This document shows, in pieces, positions 10,513 to 28,896 of a stretch of DNA of 64,000 nt (positions are counted from its first letter, which is position 1; each line of letters begins with the position of its first letter). The DNA is taken from the NCBI GenBank assembly GCA_903857795.1, contig CAIOGM010000159.1, positions 5,458 to 69,457 of the forward strand. Direction: 5' to 3'. A program made the translations under genes and the position numbers. The notes beneath the pieces were generated by a model. That model made no database searches. It had not been told where the DNA came from and saw nothing but the letters and a program-made list of their open reading frames with translations. The stretch comes from an uncultured Geobacter sp. (lineage in GTDB: Bacteria; Desulfobacterota; Desulfuromonadia; Geobacterales; CAIOGM01).

Positions 10513-10754
10513 CGGTGATTCCCGGGCGAGACGCTCATCAAATGACCTCATCATCGACCAGAAGAACTTTGGTGATTACTGCGGAGTCGTCCACGGCTCC
10601 TCCTTAGCGCCCGCCACGCCACTCCAGGTGGTTCGGCTTCAGGGCTGCCTCCAGCTCGCCGGCCACGTCCAGGCCGGGGAGTTCCTCGGGAAACGATTCC
10701 TCCTGAAGCCCCGGATAACCTGTCGGTAACTCCCACGGAGGTGGGGCCAGCTCC

Positions 10755-14387
<3,633 letters not shown>

Positions 14388-14439
14388 GGTCTGCTCCTCT
14401 ACCTTCTTTCAGTCCTTTCAATTCCCCCACCCTCGTTTA

Positions 14440-17259
<2,820 letters not shown>

Positions 17260-17346
17260 GGTTCCTCTTGAAAAGTTACCACCGTGGCGGGGGGAAACCC
17301 CTTATATTTCATTAGATTTGGGGTCTGCTTCCAGTTGACGTTGCAG

Positions 17347-17362
17347 CGCAACTAGTGTGCCA
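17347..17362 (-). promoter_or_regulatory. Sigma-54 (-24/-12) promoter upstream of the 939-aa kinase
   Basis: The minus strand reads cTGGCACactagTTGCGct with exact GG-N10-GC spacing, about 88 nt upstream of the start at 17259. Confidence 0.6.
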
Positions 17363-17523
17363 GAGAAGAGTTGCGGCAATAGAAGTGTTAACAGTCCGAT
17401 TGTACAGGTTACGTTGAAAGAATAGCGTGCGGGGCAAAGGGAAAACCGCCAACAATAGCTGCCATATTTGAAATAACTGCTGAATATGACGGGCTGATTT
17501 TGCAGCCATCACGGCCGGTTTAC

Positions 17524-20500
17524 TCAATGCGTCAACTCTGACATGGTTGCCGCCCGGAGTCGCAGATGGGTATTCACCCGAGCGTTCAGTTCAAGAGCGC
17601 GGAAGGGCTTGGTGACGTAATCCACCGCCCCCACATTGAACCCTTTGTCGATGCCTTCGGTCTCGGCCAGAGAGGTCAGGAAGATCACCGGGATGGACGC
17701 CGTAGCCGGATTCTCTTTACAGGCGAGACAGACCTCGTAGCCGTCCATGTCCGGCATCCCGACATCGAGGAGGATCAGGTCCGGCAGGTGTTTCCGGGCC
17801 AGTTCGAGAGCGGTCTGACCGTTGGTGGCGCCCAGGTACTGGTACTGCTTCGGCAGCATCCCTTTCAGCAGGGCAATGCCGGACGGCTCATCGTCTACGA
17901 TGAGGATCTTCCGGGCGCAAGGACCATCGTTACGAAGCTTGGGGGTGAACATCGGGGTGGCGAGATCGGGCGCCTCCGGACGGCATCCGCCGGGAGACGG
18001 GAGCGGCTGCCGCAGGAGCGGCCGAACCCACTGCATGAGGCAGGCATAGAGTCGGTCCGGGTTCACCGGTTTGATCAGGTGGTCGTTCATCCCGACCTTC
18101 AGGCACCGTTCCCGCTCTTCCCGCCGGGCATGAGCCGTCAGGGCGATGATGGGGAGCCGCTCGGCCGGCCACGCTCTTCTCAGCAGCAGGGTTGCTTCGT
18201 AGCCGTCCATCTCCGGCATCTGCAGGTCCATGAGGACGGCGTCGTACCGTCCCTCCGCCCTGGTCACGGCCTCCACCGCTTCCCTGCCGTCAGTGGCGAT
18301 GGTGACGTTCGCCCCCACCTGCTCCAGGAGTTCCTGCAGCACCTGCCGGTTAATGGCGTGATCATCCACCACCAGAACCCGGTGTCCGGTCAGAGTGGCC
18401 GTCATGGTCGCCCGATCGAGCAGCGGTTCCGGTTCGACGGTCGGCGCCGTCCCCCTGCGGAAGCAGGCGGTGACGGTGAAGGTGCTCCCCCGACCCGGCT
18501 CGCTTTCCGCATACAGCTCTCCCCCCATGAGCGCCACCAGTTGACGGCAGATACTGAGCCCCAGGCCGGTGCCGCCGTAGTGGCGGGTGGTGGAGCTGTC
18601 TGCTTGGGTGAACGCCTCGAAGACGTCGCGGAGCTGCTCCGGGGTCAGGCCGATGCCGGTGTCCCGCACGGTGAATTCGAGCGTTACCTGGTCCCCCTCT
18701 TCCTGCAGGGGCCGCACGCTGAGTTCTATTTCCCCCGCCGGGGTAAACTTGACGGCGTTACCCAGCAGATTGAGGAGGACCTGCTCCAGCCGAAGAGGAT
18801 CGCCCACCAGGTACTCCGGTGTCAGTGGATCGTTCGTGAGCATGAGGCGCACCCCCTTGGCGGCAGCCCCGCTATCGACCAGGCCCAGGAGATGTTCCAG
18901 GAGGGGCTGGAGTGTGAAAGAACTCTCGGCCAGCGCCATCATTCCGGCCTCGATCTTGGCGAAGTCAAGGAGGTCGTTGAGCAGCAGCATCAGGCCGTCA
19001 GCCGCGGTGGTCATCTTGAGCAGGTAATCGTGCTGCCGGGCGGTCAGGTTGGTCCGGAGCGCCAGATACCCCAGACCAATGATGGCGTTCATCGGGGTCC
19101 GGAGCTCGTGGCTGATGTTGGCCAGGAACTGGCTCTTGGCCCGATTGGCGGCCTCGGCCGCCCTGGTAGTCAGAGCCAGTTTCTCCTCTGCCTGTCTGCG
19201 TTCGGTCAAATCGACGCCAAACGACCAGGTCTTGCCGCCGATTATCTCAAACCCCCAACTGATCTGTTTTTGCGAACCGTCCTTGCAGGTGACCACGGAC
19301 TCCATCGGCTCCATTTCCGAGCCGGTTTCGAGGGCGACGGCGATCCGCCGTTGCCACTCGGTCATGATGTGCAGACGGTAGGTTGCGTCAGGATAAGCCA
19401 ATGGATACCAATGCTCCGCAGTCGGAACTTCTTCAATCGCATAGCCGAACAAGCGGGTAAACATCGGGTTGATATATTCAGCTCTCCGCCCGATACCCAC
19501 CGAAAGGAAGATGGCAAGCGGGGAGGTATCCGCCAGAGACTTGAATGTCGCCTCGCTCCGCAGCAGCGCCTCTTCACTCCGCTTGTGTTCGGTGATGTCG
19601 TGAGCCACGTGAACACTGCCAATGAGCCGACCCTCTGCGTCGGTGAGTGGAGTCGCGGACATCTGGAACCAACGGCCGAGCCGCTCTTCGAACTGTTCGG
19701 CGCTGTGCCCCATACCATCGGCCAGCAGTTGGCGGTGTGGGCAGCTGTCCGGCGGGGTGTCGGTAGCATGAAGGTGTCGGTAGCAGGTCAGCCCCAGGGC
19801 TTCCAGTGGCGACACTTTCAGGGCGTCCGTCATGGCCCGGTTCGCCCGGATAATCCGGTAATCGGTATCGAGAATGGCGATCAAGTCCGGGATGGTGTCA
19901 AAGGTGCTGCGCCACTCCTTGCTGGCCTGGGCAATTTTTTCTTCAGCGACAATCCGCGCCGTGATGTCCCGGCAGAACGCCAGTATCTCACCGGTTACGG
20001 GAATAAAGCTGACGCTGACCTCCACATCGATCAGCTGCCCGTCCTTGCGGCAGTGCCGGGTCACGAACCGGTCGTAGCTGCTCTCTCTGATCAGTTCGTC
20101 ATGGTTCAGGATCTCATCGTCGCTCTCCAACGCCTCCAGATCCCTGATCCCAAGTTTCAGCCACTCCTCTTGGTCGTAGCCGTACATATGACAGGCGGCG
20201 CTGTTGGCAAAGATGATCCGCCTCTCCGGAGTCATCACCATGAAGGCTTCCAGTGAGGTATTCGCCAGGAGTTCATACTGACGGGCCGCCTGCCGCAGCC
20301 GGTCGTCGATGCGCTTCTTCTCGGCAATGTCCCAGGCCAGATCGGCAAGGAGTGAGACGGTATCGCAATCGGTGTCGGTATACTCCTGCAGCTTGTTTCC
20401 GACCCCCAGGATGGCGACGACCCGCCCCCCTCGCATCACCGGAACCACCAGTTCCCGGAGCACCAGGGCATGGCCGTCCGGCAGCCCCTTGCGGTGAGGG

Positions 20501-21195
20501 AGTACGGCATAGTCGTTGTGGATGACTGCGTGCCCTTCGTAAACGCAATCGGCCCAGATCCCGGCCTGAGCGATGGGGTAGTGGGTTCCCTTCCCTTCGG
20601 CCCGGCAGAAGTCGCGGGCGGTCCGGGTGGACCACGCCTGAAGGTGGAGATTCTGCAGTTCGGTGTCGTAGAAATGATAGAAACCGACGAGGCTGCCGGT
20701 AAGCCGTTCCAGCTCATCCAGCGTCGCCACGAGAATCTCTTCCAGGGTGTGGGTCTCGGCAAATCGGAGCAGGTGGAGGCGGGTGAGGTGGATGTCGTTC
20801 AGCCGCTTTTGCTCGGTGATATCGTGGAGAGTGACGAGCGCCAGATACGGCCGCTCTTCCGCCTCGTGAAACAGGGGGATGGCGTTGACGTTCATCCAGA
20901 CGAAGCCCTGGCGCCGGGGATTATACACTCCCATCACATAATCCTTGACCGGTTCGCCCGTCAGCAGGGCCACCATCGAAGGGAGTTGGTCGGGAGTGAG
21001 GTCGCTCCCGTCCTGATTGATGGTTCGCCATTCGGGATGATACGCTGTCCGTCCCAGGAACTGGTCGCGGTCCAGCCCGAACAGCTCCAGGGCTGCGGGA
21101 TTCACCCCCACCAACGAGCCATCCGCCATCTGGTAGAATGCTCCCTGGGCCATGGTGTCGAACAGGATCTGGTACTGTCGCCGCGCGTCAACCAT
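17524..21195 (-). CDS. Hybrid sensor histidine kinase: PAS-GAF-PAS x3-HisKA-HATPase-REC-REC
   Basis: 1223 aa. The H-box is [11 protein letters not shown] and the G-boxes are DTGIGL and GGTGLGLSI. The two receivers have [11 protein letters not shown] and [11 protein letters not shown]. Confidence 0.9.
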   Translation of the reverse strand: MVDARRQYQILFDTMAQGAFYQMADGSLVGVNPAALELFGLDRDQFLGRTAYHPEWRTINQDGSDLTPDQLPSMVALLTGEPVKDYVMGVYNPRRQGFVWMNVNAIPLFHEAEERPYLALVTLHDITEQKRLNDIHLTRLHLLRFAETHTLEEILVATLDELERLTGSLVGFYHFYDTELQNLHLQAWSTRTARDFCRAEGKGTHYPIAQAGIWADCVYEGHAVIHNDYAVLPHRKGLPDGHALVLRELVVPVMRGGRVVAILGVGNKLQEYTDTDCDTVSLLADLAWDIAEKKRIDDRLRQAARQYELLANTSLEAFMVMTPERRIIFANSAACHMYGYDQEEWLKLGIRDLEALESDDEILNHDELIRESSYDRFVTRHCRKDGQLIDVEVSVSFIPVTGEILAFCRDITARIVAEEKIAQASKEWRSTFDTIPDLIAILDTDYRIIRANRAMTDALKVSPLEALGLTCYRHLHATDTPPDSCPHRQLLADGMGHSAEQFEERLGRWFQMSATPLTDAEGRLIGSVHVAHDITEHKRSEEALLRSEATFKSLADTSPLAIFLSVGIGRRAEYINPMFTRLFGYAIEEVPTAEHWYPLAYPDATYRLHIMTEWQRRIAVALETGSEMEPMESVVTCKDGSQKQISWGFEIIGGKTWSFGVDLTERRQAEEKLALTTRAAEAANRAKSQFLANISHELRTPMNAIIGLGYLALRTNLTARQHDYLLKMTTAADGLMLLLNDLLDFAKIEAGMMALAESSFTLQPLLEHLLGLVDSGAAAKGVRLMLTNDPLTPEYLVGDPLRLEQVLLNLLGNAVKFTPAGEIELSVRPLQEEGDQVTLEFTVRDTGIGLTPEQLRDVFEAFTQADSSTTRHYGGTGLGLSICRQLVALMGGELYAESEPGRGSTFTVTACFRRGTAPTVEPEPLLDRATMTATLTGHRVLVVDDHAINRQVLQELLEQVGANVTIATDGREAVEAVTRAEGRYDAVLMDLQMPEMDGYEATLLLRRAWPAERLPIIALTAHARREERERCLKVGMNDHLIKPVNPDRLYACLMQWVRPLLRQPLPSPGGCRPEAPDLATPMFTPKLRNDGPCARKILIVDDEPSGIALLKGMLPKQYQYLGATNGQTALELARKHLPDLILLDVGMPDMDGYEVCLACKENPATASIPVIFLTSLAETEGIDKGFNVGAVDYVTKPFRALELNARVNTHLRLRAATMSELTH

Positions 21196-21313
21196 AGGTG
21201 CTCCTATCCTATTGAATTTTGCCTTTAAGGTGATTTATCTTATAATCAATAACACGTCTGAATATTTTCAGTGATTTAAATTTACCATTTCAATTAATAC
21301 CTTCAGCCAGATA

Positions 21314-21360
21314 ACTGAAAACGAAAAGAGCCCCGGGACCGCTGCGGCCCCGGGGCTCTT
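21314..21360 (-). terminator. Rho-independent terminator after the cold-shock gene
   Basis: On the minus strand, a perfect 12-bp stem pairs AAGAGCCCCGGG with CCCGGGGCTCTT and is followed by TTCGTTTTC. Confidence 0.75.
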
Positions 21361-21383
21361 ACACATTGAACTATGAACTCACG

Positions 21384-21587
21384 CTACTTGGCTTTTCTGA
21401 CGTTGGCGGCCTGGAGTCCCTTGGGGCCGTTGACCACGTCGAAGATCACCGCTTCACCTTCGGCCAGTGACTTGAAGCCGTCTCCCTGGATGGCTGAGAA
21501 GTGGCAGAAGACATCTTCGCCGTTCTCCTGCTCGATGAAGCCGAACCCCTTTGCATCGTTGAACCATTTTACTTTTCCCTGTGCCAT
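21384..21587 (-). CDS. Cold-shock protein (CspA family)
   Basis: [34 protein letters not shown] carries the RNP1/RNP2 motifs. The internal Met at 21587 follows an AAGGAGAGAGG RBS, and the longer track ORF is a 5' shadow. Confidence 0.93.
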   Translation of the reverse strand: MAQGKVKWFNDAKGFGFIEQENGEDVFCHFSAIQGDGFKSLAEGEAVIFDVVNGPKGLQAANVRKAK

Positions 21588-21737
21588 GTCCTCTCTCCTT
21601 TGTCTCTCCGGCTGCTCCGGAACTGTGGTTACTATCCCCCGTCTTTCCGGAGTCCATGAGGGAGAAAATGCCAAAACAGAGCTTGCTTCCATTTCGCCTT
21701 CTCGACTGCCTTGAAACTTCCGGATACGCAGCTGCGT

Positions 21738-21766
21738 ACATTAGCCATGAGTAATAAGGTTGTCAA
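21738..21766 (-). promoter_or_regulatory. Sigma-70 promoter for csp (TTGACA-N17-TAATGT), giving a ~140-nt 5' UTR
   Basis: The minus strand reads TTGACAaccttattactcatggcTAATGT. A long leader is typical of cold-shock genes. Confidence 0.55.
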
Positions 21767-21795
21767 GAATTTTTTTACTCCCCGGGCATTATCGA

Positions 21796-22830
21796 TCAGG
21801 GGTGGAAGGAGTTGATCCGCCAGATGCAGGCGATGAGCAGGCCATAGTGATGATGATCGAAGGAGATGAGAAGTCGCGGGAGCTGGAGCAGGTCGGGTTC
21901 GTCCTCCTCTCCCGGCAGGGGGCGGGTGGTGGTGATCCGACTCCCCGGTTCGCGGATCTCGGGGAACTCACTCTCGATGATCCCGATCTCTTCGGGGGAG
22001 AGTTCCCGGTTGAGGCGGATGACCAGCTTTCCCTGGACGAAGCGCAGCGAATGGTAGTTCCGGTAAAAATTCTCGATCACCGCCACCGCCTCGTCCACAT
22101 CGCTGGTGAGGGTGAAGAGGGAGAAGTCCTCTCCGGAGATGAGGCTTAACGCCAGGAGCCGGTTCTTGATGAAGGTCAGCCAGTGATCCCAGAAGCCGCT
22201 GCCGTCATCGATGAGGACCAGCGGCTTGGGCGAGGTCTTGCCGGTCTGGATGAGGGTGAAGACCTCCATCGCCTCGTCCAGGGTGCCGAAGCCGCCGGGG
22301 AAGACGGCGATGGCCTGGGCCTCTCTCACGAAGGCGACCTTCCGGTTGAAGAAGTATTTGTAGGTGATCAGCCGGGTGGTGGCGGACATGATCGGGTTGG
22401 GGGCCTGCTCGAAGGGGAGCCTGATGTTGACGGCAAAGGAGTTCTCGCTCCCGGCCCCCTCGTTGCCGGCCTGCATGATGCCGGGGCCGCCGCCGGTGAT
22501 GATCATGTACCCCCGCCTGGCCAGCTCCCGGCTGAAGCGGACACACGCCTGGTAGGCCGGCTCCTCGGGGGGAATCCGGGCCGAACCGAAGATGGTCACC
22601 TTGCGCCGCTCCCGGTAGGGGGAGAAGACCTTGTTGGTGTAGCGCATCTCCTTCATGGTGGAGAGGAGCAGCTTGAGGTCGGCGGGATAGTCGCTCTCCT
22701 GGCCGGATTTGAGGGCGGTGAGGATCATCTCGCGCACCAGGAGCGGATTCGACACCCCCCCGGCGGCGTCCATGAGGCTGTCGATGAGGCTGTCTACCGC
22801 CCCGTTTTTATGGGAAAAATGGAGCTCCAT
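21796..22830 (-). CDS. LOG/TIGR00730-family protein with N- and C-terminal extensions (PpnN-like nucleotide nucleosidase)
   Basis: 344 aa with the LOG-family signatures TGGGPGIMQAGNEGA and PGGFGTLDEAMEV. Confidence 0.78.
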   Translation of the reverse strand: MELHFSHKNGAVDSLIDSLMDAAGGVSNPLLVREMILTALKSGQESDYPADLKLLLSTMKEMRYTNKVFSPYRERRKVTIFGSARIPPEEPAYQACVRFSRELARRGYMIITGGGPGIMQAGNEGAGSENSFAVNIRLPFEQAPNPIMSATTRLITYKYFFNRKVAFVREAQAIAVFPGGFGTLDEAMEVFTLIQTGKTSPKPLVLIDDGSGFWDHWLTFIKNRLLALSLISGEDFSLFTLTSDVDEAVAVIENFYRNYHSLRFVQGKLVIRLNRELSPEEIGIIESEFPEIREPGSRITTTRPLPGEEDEPDLLQLPRLLISFDHHHYGLLIACIWRINSFHP

Positions 22831-22856
22831 CGGTGGTTGTCCTCTTCCTGCTTACA

Positions 22857-24392
22857 TCACTTCATCTTCCCGTAGAGCGCGTCGGCGTCGCCGGCGTCGA
22901 TCCTGATCCCCTCACGCCGGAGGAGCTCTCCGGTGGCTTTCCAGTACTGGGTCAGGGCGTTGTCATACCCTGTCTTGGCCTGGATCTCCGCCCCCTTGGC
23001 GGTCACCAGGTTGGTCTGCACATCGAAGACATCCTTGGTGGTGGCGAGCCCCACCGCCGCCTTCTTGATGTAGGCGTTCAATACCTCTTCGGCATAGGCG
23101 CTCCCCCGTTTGGTCACGTCCAGCTGTTTGTACCCCGACTGAACCCCCCGGATGGCGCTTCGGACCTCGTTGTCGATGCTCTCCTCCTGACTCCGGATCT
23201 GGGTACGGAGCTGCTCGGACTTGAGCCGGTTCCGGATGTAGTCGTTTTTCGCGGCGTTGTTTCCCAGGGGATAGGCAAAGTTGAAGCCGATCTGCCAGTT
23301 GGGGTAATCGACCCGGCTCAGAGTCTCCCACTGCCTGCCATAGCTGCCATCGATCCCCTGGAGGCCGCCGGTGGCGATTACCGAGAGGTCCGGCAACAGC
23401 TTGTTGCGGGAGACCCGCTCCTGCAGTTCGGAGCTCTTGAGGCTTTCGCCCAGCTGCTTCAACTCCGGCCGGTGGTCACGGGCCTCTTTCAGGGCGCTCT
23501 CTTGCGCAATGGGGTACGGGTCGGTGAACGGGGGATCCACGGGATCGATCTCCCCGGCCTCGCCTCCCTGGATGAGGGTCCGGAGCAGCTCCCGCTCGTC
23601 CTGGAGGCTGCGTTCGGCGGAGATGACCGCGCTTTCCCGGGTGGAGACGTTGAATTCGGCGTTGAGGATCTCCATGGCCGGGAGGACGCCGGCCTTGACC
23701 CGGGCCGTGGTCTCGTCCAGGACCTTTCTCGCCAGGGCAAGAGATGTTTTCTTGACCTCAAGATCTTCCCGGAGGGAGTAGAGCTTGAAGTATTCGGTCC
23801 GGACCTGGGTGATGATGGCGGTCAGCTTGGTCTCGAACTGGTCACGGGAGGCCTCCTTGCCGAACCGCGCCAGGGAGATGTTGAGCTCCGTCGTCTCCTG
23901 CCCGAAGTTCTTCAGCAGGGGCTGACTGACGGTGACGGCGATGCCGTTTTGAAAATATTCGTTGTTATTTATGGTTGATTCGGTCCTCGTCCAGTTGTTG
24001 GTGAACGCAAGCGCAACCGTCCCGCCGTAGGGGAGGAGCCGGTTGACGCCGGCGTTGAGATTGAAGCTCTTCAGGGTGCTGATGATGGCCGAACCGACAC
24101 TCTGGCTGGAAGAGCTGTTTTCCCCATAATTGGTCAAAGCGGTGACGTTCGGATCGTAGATGGCCCTGTTTTTCTGAATATCCGCTTCGGCCACCGCCGG
24201 GTTGTAGAGCTCGGCCTTGACATCCAGGTTTTTCTCGGCGGCCGACCTGATCGCCTCCTTGAGGGTGAGAGCGGTTCTCCCCTCCTGGGCCGCGGCCAGG
24301 CCGCTCAGGGTGAGGGTCAGCAGCAGGGCGATGGCGCCGGATGTCGTCGGTGATCTTTTCATGAAATCATATCCGTTCATAGTTCGTGGCAC
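22857..24392 (-). CDS. TolC-family outer-membrane efflux protein
   Basis: 511 aa with a signal peptide (AIALLLTLTLSGLAAAQE) and two tandem OEP repeats carrying long coiled helices. The Met at 24362 (MKRSPTT) is an equally plausible start. Confidence 0.85.
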   Translation of the reverse strand: MPRTMNGYDFMKRSPTTSGAIALLLTLTLSGLAAAQEGRTALTLKEAIRSAAEKNLDVKAELYNPAVAEADIQKNRAIYDPNVTALTNYGENSSSSQSVGSAIISTLKSFNLNAGVNRLLPYGGTVALAFTNNWTRTESTINNNEYFQNGIAVTVSQPLLKNFGQETTELNISLARFGKEASRDQFETKLTAIITQVRTEYFKLYSLREDLEVKKTSLALARKVLDETTARVKAGVLPAMEILNAEFNVSTRESAVISAERSLQDERELLRTLIQGGEAGEIDPVDPPFTDPYPIAQESALKEARDHRPELKQLGESLKSSELQERVSRNKLLPDLSVIATGGLQGIDGSYGRQWETLSRVDYPNWQIGFNFAYPLGNNAAKNDYIRNRLKSEQLRTQIRSQEESIDNEVRSAIRGVQSGYKQLDVTKRGSAYAEEVLNAYIKKAAVGLATTKDVFDVQTNLVTAKGAEIQAKTGYDNALTQYWKATGELLRREGIRIDAGDADALYGKMK

Positions 24393-24496
24393 CTTGGTAT
24401 CCGTTATCGGGTTTCAGCCGGAGAGGCCGTTGAAAATGAGAAAGACGCTCTCCCCGGTTGAGGAGAGGGGGCGTTTTTGCGCATGTCGGCGGCGCG

Positions 24497-27244
24497 CTAC
24501 GAGGCGGGCTCTCCCGTGCAGGGGAGCCTGACCGTGAAGGTGGTCCCGGTACCCGGTACGCTCTCCACCAGGAGCTCTCCCCCATGTTTCTTGATGATCT
24601 CGTAGGAGATGCTCAAGCCCAGGCCGGTCCCTTTACCCACATCCTTGGTGGTGAAGAAGGGGTCGAAGATCCTCGCCCGGATCTCCTCGGGGATCCCCTG
24701 GCCGCTGTCGCTCACCGAGGCGCAGACGAACCCCTCCTCCTGCCAGCAGCTGAGGACGATCTCTCCCGGCGGGGTGATGGCCTGGCCGGCGTTGACCAGC
24801 AGGTTGAGGAAGACCTGGTTCAGCTGCCCCGGGTGGCAGAGGATCTCCGGCAGCGGTGCGTACTCCTTCCGGATAGTCGCCACATACTTCAGTTCGTTCT
24901 GGACGATGGTCAGGGCGCTCTCCAGGCAGGCGCTGAGCGCCATCGGTTCGACCTCGGGGGCGTCCACCCGGGAAAAACTCTTCAGGTCCTTGACGATCCT
25001 GGTGACCCGCACCGCACCGTCCAGGGTCTCGGTGATCAGATCGGCGCCGTCTCCCAGGATCTGCTCGATCTCCAGCTCCTCCCTGCTTCGCGCCACCGCC
25101 TCACGGGTTGTCACCGACAGCTCCTCTTGGCCGCTCTCCTGGCGAACGTGGTCGAACCGGAGTAACTGGTCGAAGTACTCGGCCAGGGTTCTCAGGTTAC
25201 TGGAGATGTACCCCATGGGGTTGTTGATCTCATGGGCCACCCCGGCCGCCAGCTGGCCGATGGAGGCCATCTTCTCACTCTGGAGGAGCGCCTTGTCCTT
25301 CTGGAGAAGCTCCGCCCGGCTCTTCTTCTCCTGGGTGACATCCTGAATCACCTCCAGGCAGGCCTCCTGGTCGCCAAACCGGGCCGCCGAAGAGCGGACC
25401 AGAACATCCATGACCGAGCCGTCCCGGCCGATGTGCCGACATTCGGCGCTCCCTGCCGGGGAGGGGGGGGAGCTCTCGTCCGGCAGGAGCTCCTCCCGCG
25501 TCATCTCCAGGAACCTCTCCCGGGGCCATCCGTAGTGGGTCACGGCGCGATCATTCACCATGAGGAAGCGCCGGCTCCCGGTTTCAAAGAGCCACATGGG
25601 GAGCGGACTGTCGTTGAACAGCTGCAGGTAGCGCTCCTCGCTGGTTTTCAACGCATCGTTTTGCCGCTGAATCACCGCGGTGCGACCGGTGATGCCGAGC
25701 ATCAGGGTCTGCAGCAGTGTGGCCAGGAGGAGCCCTACTCCCCCCACCGCCGAGGCCAGCCAGGGGCGGTGCTGCTGCAGGTAGCTCTCGGTGGTGGAGA
25801 CCTTCAGCTCCCAGTCACGGTCACCCATCCGGAGCCCTGTTTTCCAGGTGAGCGCCCGGGACGAGGGGGAATTGGGGGAGGGGGAGCGGTAGAGGAGCCC
25901 TTGATCCTTGGGGGAATGACGGTCGTTAAGTTGAAAGATGAGCCCCGCCGGGGTCCGGTCCCGGGTGGCGATGTGGATCAGTTCGTCTACCTTCACCACG
26001 GCCACGGCAAAGCCGAGCAGGCGGGGTCGTGCCGTATCCCCCTCTTCCCGGCTGTTCTCCACCGGCATGAGCTCCAGGACGCCGATCCGCTGTTTCTGCT
26101 CCTGGATCAGCTTGATGGGGGAGGTGACGGCCATGTCTTTGGAGCTCCGGGCCCGCAGGATGGCGTCACGGCGGACCGGTTCCGAGCTGATGTCGAATCC
26201 CACCGCCTTCTGGTTGTCGGCCAGGGGGACGATGTAGCGGACCGTCACGTACTCCGGACGTTCCGTGGCGGGGACCAGCTGCTTCCGGCTGTCGTGCTGG
26301 GTGATCCTGAACGGGCCCAGGGGGGAGAGTCCGCTCATCTTACGTTCGAATACCGACCGTTGGCTCAAGTGGACCAGATCGTTGAAGCTCAAGGCGAAGA
26401 TGTCGCTGTTGTCATGCAGGGTGATCCTGGTGAACTGCTGGAACTGTTTGAAGGTGAATTCCGGCGTGGCCTCGATGAAGTGATGCAGGGAGGCCAGCAC
26501 CTCCCGGTGGATGATGAGACGGTCGGCGATCCGCTTGGCGATGGCTTCGCCGTCACTCTGGAGCCGGTTCTGCTGCTCGCCCCTCTCCCAGCGGGCCGAG
26601 CCGTAGAAGGCCAGCAGCGCCACCCCCAGGGTCATCAGCATGGGGAGGACGATGCGGCGGCGCCGTTCCCGCCAGAGTTGATCTTTGCTGTTGAGAAGGC
26701 AGAGGGTAAGGGGGGCAAACACCAGGACCCCCAGGGTATCCCCCACATACCAGTTCCACCAGGTATAGAGGAGCTCCGGGCGCTCGATGACGCCGGCCAG
26801 ATGGAGCCCGGTCACGCTGATGGTGGCCGACAAGAGGCATGCCAGGACCCCCCCCAGGAGCAGGAAGCGGATGGCCTCCTGCTCACTCTCCAGCTCGCGC
26901 CAGGCGGCGCCCTGCCAGCGGTTCACCAGCTTTGAGCCGGCCCAAGCCTGCAGGGTTGAGGCGGAGCCGATCACCAGGGCCACCACTACCGCCGCCGGAG
27001 TCAACCCCCCCACGAGCCAGCTGTGCGACAGGTTCAACAGGACCGAGCCGAGCCAGATGCCGGGTAACGCCCGGGCCCCGAACCAGAGCAGGGTCGCCAG
27101 CGCCAGGCCGGCGGCCGGAAAGAGCGGACTGGCGTACCCCGGCGGAATGGCCAGGGTGAGCCCAAACGCACCCAGCAGGAGGTAGGCGAGGGCCAGGAGC
27201 GGCAGCAGTAGCAACTGCGGCATGGATTCGGACTTCGTGATCAT
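24497..27244 (-). CDS. Sensor histidine kinase: MASE1-like membrane domain, CHASE-like periplasmic domain, PAS, HisKA and HATPase
   Basis: 915 aa. The polytopic N-terminus starts [26 protein letters not shown]. The H-box is [15 protein letters not shown] and the G-boxes are DSGQGIP and [13 protein letters not shown]. Confidence 0.82.
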   Translation of the reverse strand: MITKSESMPQLLLLPLLALAYLLLGAFGLTLAIPPGYASPLFPAAGLALATLLWFGARALPGIWLGSVLLNLSHSWLVGGLTPAAVVVALVIGSASTLQAWAGSKLVNRWQGAAWRELESEQEAIRFLLLGGVLACLLSATISVTGLHLAGVIERPELLYTWWNWYVGDTLGVLVFAPLTLCLLNSKDQLWRERRRRIVLPMLMTLGVALLAFYGSARWERGEQQNRLQSDGEAIAKRIADRLIIHREVLASLHHFIEATPEFTFKQFQQFTRITLHDNSDIFALSFNDLVHLSQRSVFERKMSGLSPLGPFRITQHDSRKQLVPATERPEYVTVRYIVPLADNQKAVGFDISSEPVRRDAILRARSSKDMAVTSPIKLIQEQKQRIGVLELMPVENSREEGDTARPRLLGFAVAVVKVDELIHIATRDRTPAGLIFQLNDRHSPKDQGLLYRSPSPNSPSSRALTWKTGLRMGDRDWELKVSTTESYLQQHRPWLASAVGGVGLLLATLLQTLMLGITGRTAVIQRQNDALKTSEERYLQLFNDSPLPMWLFETGSRRFLMVNDRAVTHYGWPRERFLEMTREELLPDESSPPSPAGSAECRHIGRDGSVMDVLVRSSAARFGDQEACLEVIQDVTQEKKSRAELLQKDKALLQSEKMASIGQLAAGVAHEINNPMGYISSNLRTLAEYFDQLLRFDHVRQESGQEELSVTTREAVARSREELEIEQILGDGADLITETLDGAVRVTRIVKDLKSFSRVDAPEVEPMALSACLESALTIVQNELKYVATIRKEYAPLPEILCHPGQLNQVFLNLLVNAGQAITPPGEIVLSCWQEEGFVCASVSDSGQGIPEEIRARIFDPFFTTKDVGKGTGLGLSISYEIIKKHGGELLVESVPGTGTTFTVRLPCTGEPAS

Positions 27245-28896
27245 ATCTCCTCGCCGTTGCGGGGGAGCGCCACCGTGAAAGTTGTCCCCATGCCGACCGT
27301 GCTCTCGACCTGGATCCTGCCGTTATGTTTCTTGATGATCTCGTAGGAGATGCTCAAGCCCAGGCCGGTCCCTTTACCCACATCCTTGGTGGTGAAGAAG
27401 GGGTCGAAGATCCGCTCCCTGATCTCCACGGGGATCCCCTCTCCGCTGTCGCCCACCGAGGCGTAGACGAAGTCGTCATCATGCCAGCTCCTGAGCACGA
27501 TTTCCCCCGGAGGGGTGATGGCCTGGCCGGCGTTGATCAGCAGGTTGAGAAAGACCTGGTTCAACTGGCCGGGGTGGCAGAGGAGCGCCGGCACCGGCTC
27601 AAGCTCCTTCCTGATAGTCGCCACGTACTTCAATTCATTCTGCACGATGGTGAGGGCGCTCTCCACGCAGGAGTTCAGCTCCACCAATGTGTGGTCCGGC
27701 GTATCCACCCGGGAGAAGCTCTTCAAATCTTGGACGATCTTGCTGACCTTCTTCGCTCCCTCCAGGGAGTCGGTGATCAGCTCCACGCCGTCGCTGAGAA
27801 TATCGTCGATATCCAGGCTCTTCCTGCTGGTTGCGATACTCTCCAATGTCCCACGAGAGAACTCTCGCTCCCCCTTCTCCCGGAGGAGCAGGTCGAACTG
27901 GACGATCTGGTCGAAATATTCCGCCAGGGCGCGCAGGTTGCAGGAGATGTACCCCATGGGGTTGTTGATCTCATGGGCCACCCCGGCGGCCAGCTGTCCC
28001 AGGGAGGCCATCTTCTCACTCTGCATGATGGTCTGCTCCTTATCCCGGTTTTTCTTGACCTCGTCGGCCACCCGCTCTTCAAGCTCCCTGTTGAGCGTCT
28101 CCAGCTGCTCCTGCTGGACGAGGAGCAGCTCCTGGGCGTTGCGGCGCCGGGCGACCTCCTCTTTCAGCAGCCCTGCCTGCTCATTCAGATCCCGGACCCG
28201 ATCGCTGATTACCCGGGACATGGTGTTGAAGGCGGCCCCCAGCCGGCCCACGTCGTCACCCCCTTCGGGGACGGGGTTCGGGGGGAACGTCCCCGAAGCG
28301 ACCTGAATGCTCGCCGCGGTCAGGGTGGTAAGGTGCCGGGTGATCCAATGCCCCAGGGAGAAGAGGATGATGGTGGAGAGGACCAGCTCGATGGCCGCGA
28401 TGGAGGCGCCCTGGATGAGGAGCGTCCGCCTCGCTACCAGGATCTGTGTCAGGTTGAGACCGAAGTGAAGCGTCCCCAGGGGTTGCTTGAAATAGACGAT
28501 GGGCGCCACCACGTCATACCGGGCCGTGCTCCCCCGTTCCAGGAGGGGAAAGCCGACACTCCGTGGCGGGAGTGGCCGTCCGTCCGGCCAACCGTTGGAC
28601 GCGACGCGGGTGCCGGAGGCGTCGACCACGGTGATGTAATCCACCCCCCCGGCGCTCCGGCTTTCGTCGATGACCGCCTGCACCGTGGCGTAATCCCGTT
28701 GCGCCATGGGCGCCGTGAGGGCGGCCTGCAGCACCGGGTGCATCTGCTCCGCCTGCAGCCGCGCCTGGGTGGACATGGCGCCGTGCAGCAGTCGCTGACT
28801 GTTGGCCACCAGGATGGTGAGCATCAGCAGTTCGATCACCACCGCCAGGAGGAGCAGTCGACCGCGGACGGTCTGCCTGAGGGCGCTCAGGTTCAT
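27241..28896 (-). CDS. Sensor histidine kinase (periplasmic domain, HAMP, HisKA, HATPase)
   Basis: 551 aa. HAMP ([10 protein letters not shown]) is followed by the H-box [16 protein letters not shown]. The C-terminal ~250 aa are paralogous to the downstream kinase, and the ends overlap by 4 nt. Confidence 0.85.
   Translation of the reverse strand: MNLSALRQTVRGRLLLLAVVIELLMLTILVANSQRLLHGAMSTQARLQAEQMHPVLQAALTAPMAQRDYATVQAVIDESRSAGGVDYITVVDASGTRVASNGWPDGRPLPPRSVGFPLLERGSTARYDVVAPIVYFKQPLGTLHFGLNLTQILVARRTLLIQGASIAAIELVLSTIILFSLGHWITRHLTTLTAASIQVASGTFPPNPVPEGGDDVGRLGAAFNTMSRVISDRVRDLNEQAGLLKEEVARRRNAQELLLVQQEQLETLNRELEERVADEVKKNRDKEQTIMQSEKMASLGQLAAGVAHEINNPMGYISCNLRALAEYFDQIVQFDLLLREKGEREFSRGTLESIATSRKSLDIDDILSDGVELITDSLEGAKKVSKIVQDLKSFSRVDTPDHTLVELNSCVESALTIVQNELKYVATIRKELEPVPALLCHPGQLNQVFLNLLINAGQAITPPGEIVLRSWHDDDFVYASVGDSGEGIPVEIRERIFDPFFTTKDVGKGTGLGLSISYEIIKKHNGRIQVESTVGMGTTFTVALPRNGEEI

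Noticed and set aside
24387-24402. A perfect TGGCAC hexamer on the plus strand near the tolC start
   Set aside because: The -12 position reads TATCC, so there is no GC at the right spacing. The element also points away from any plus-strand gene.
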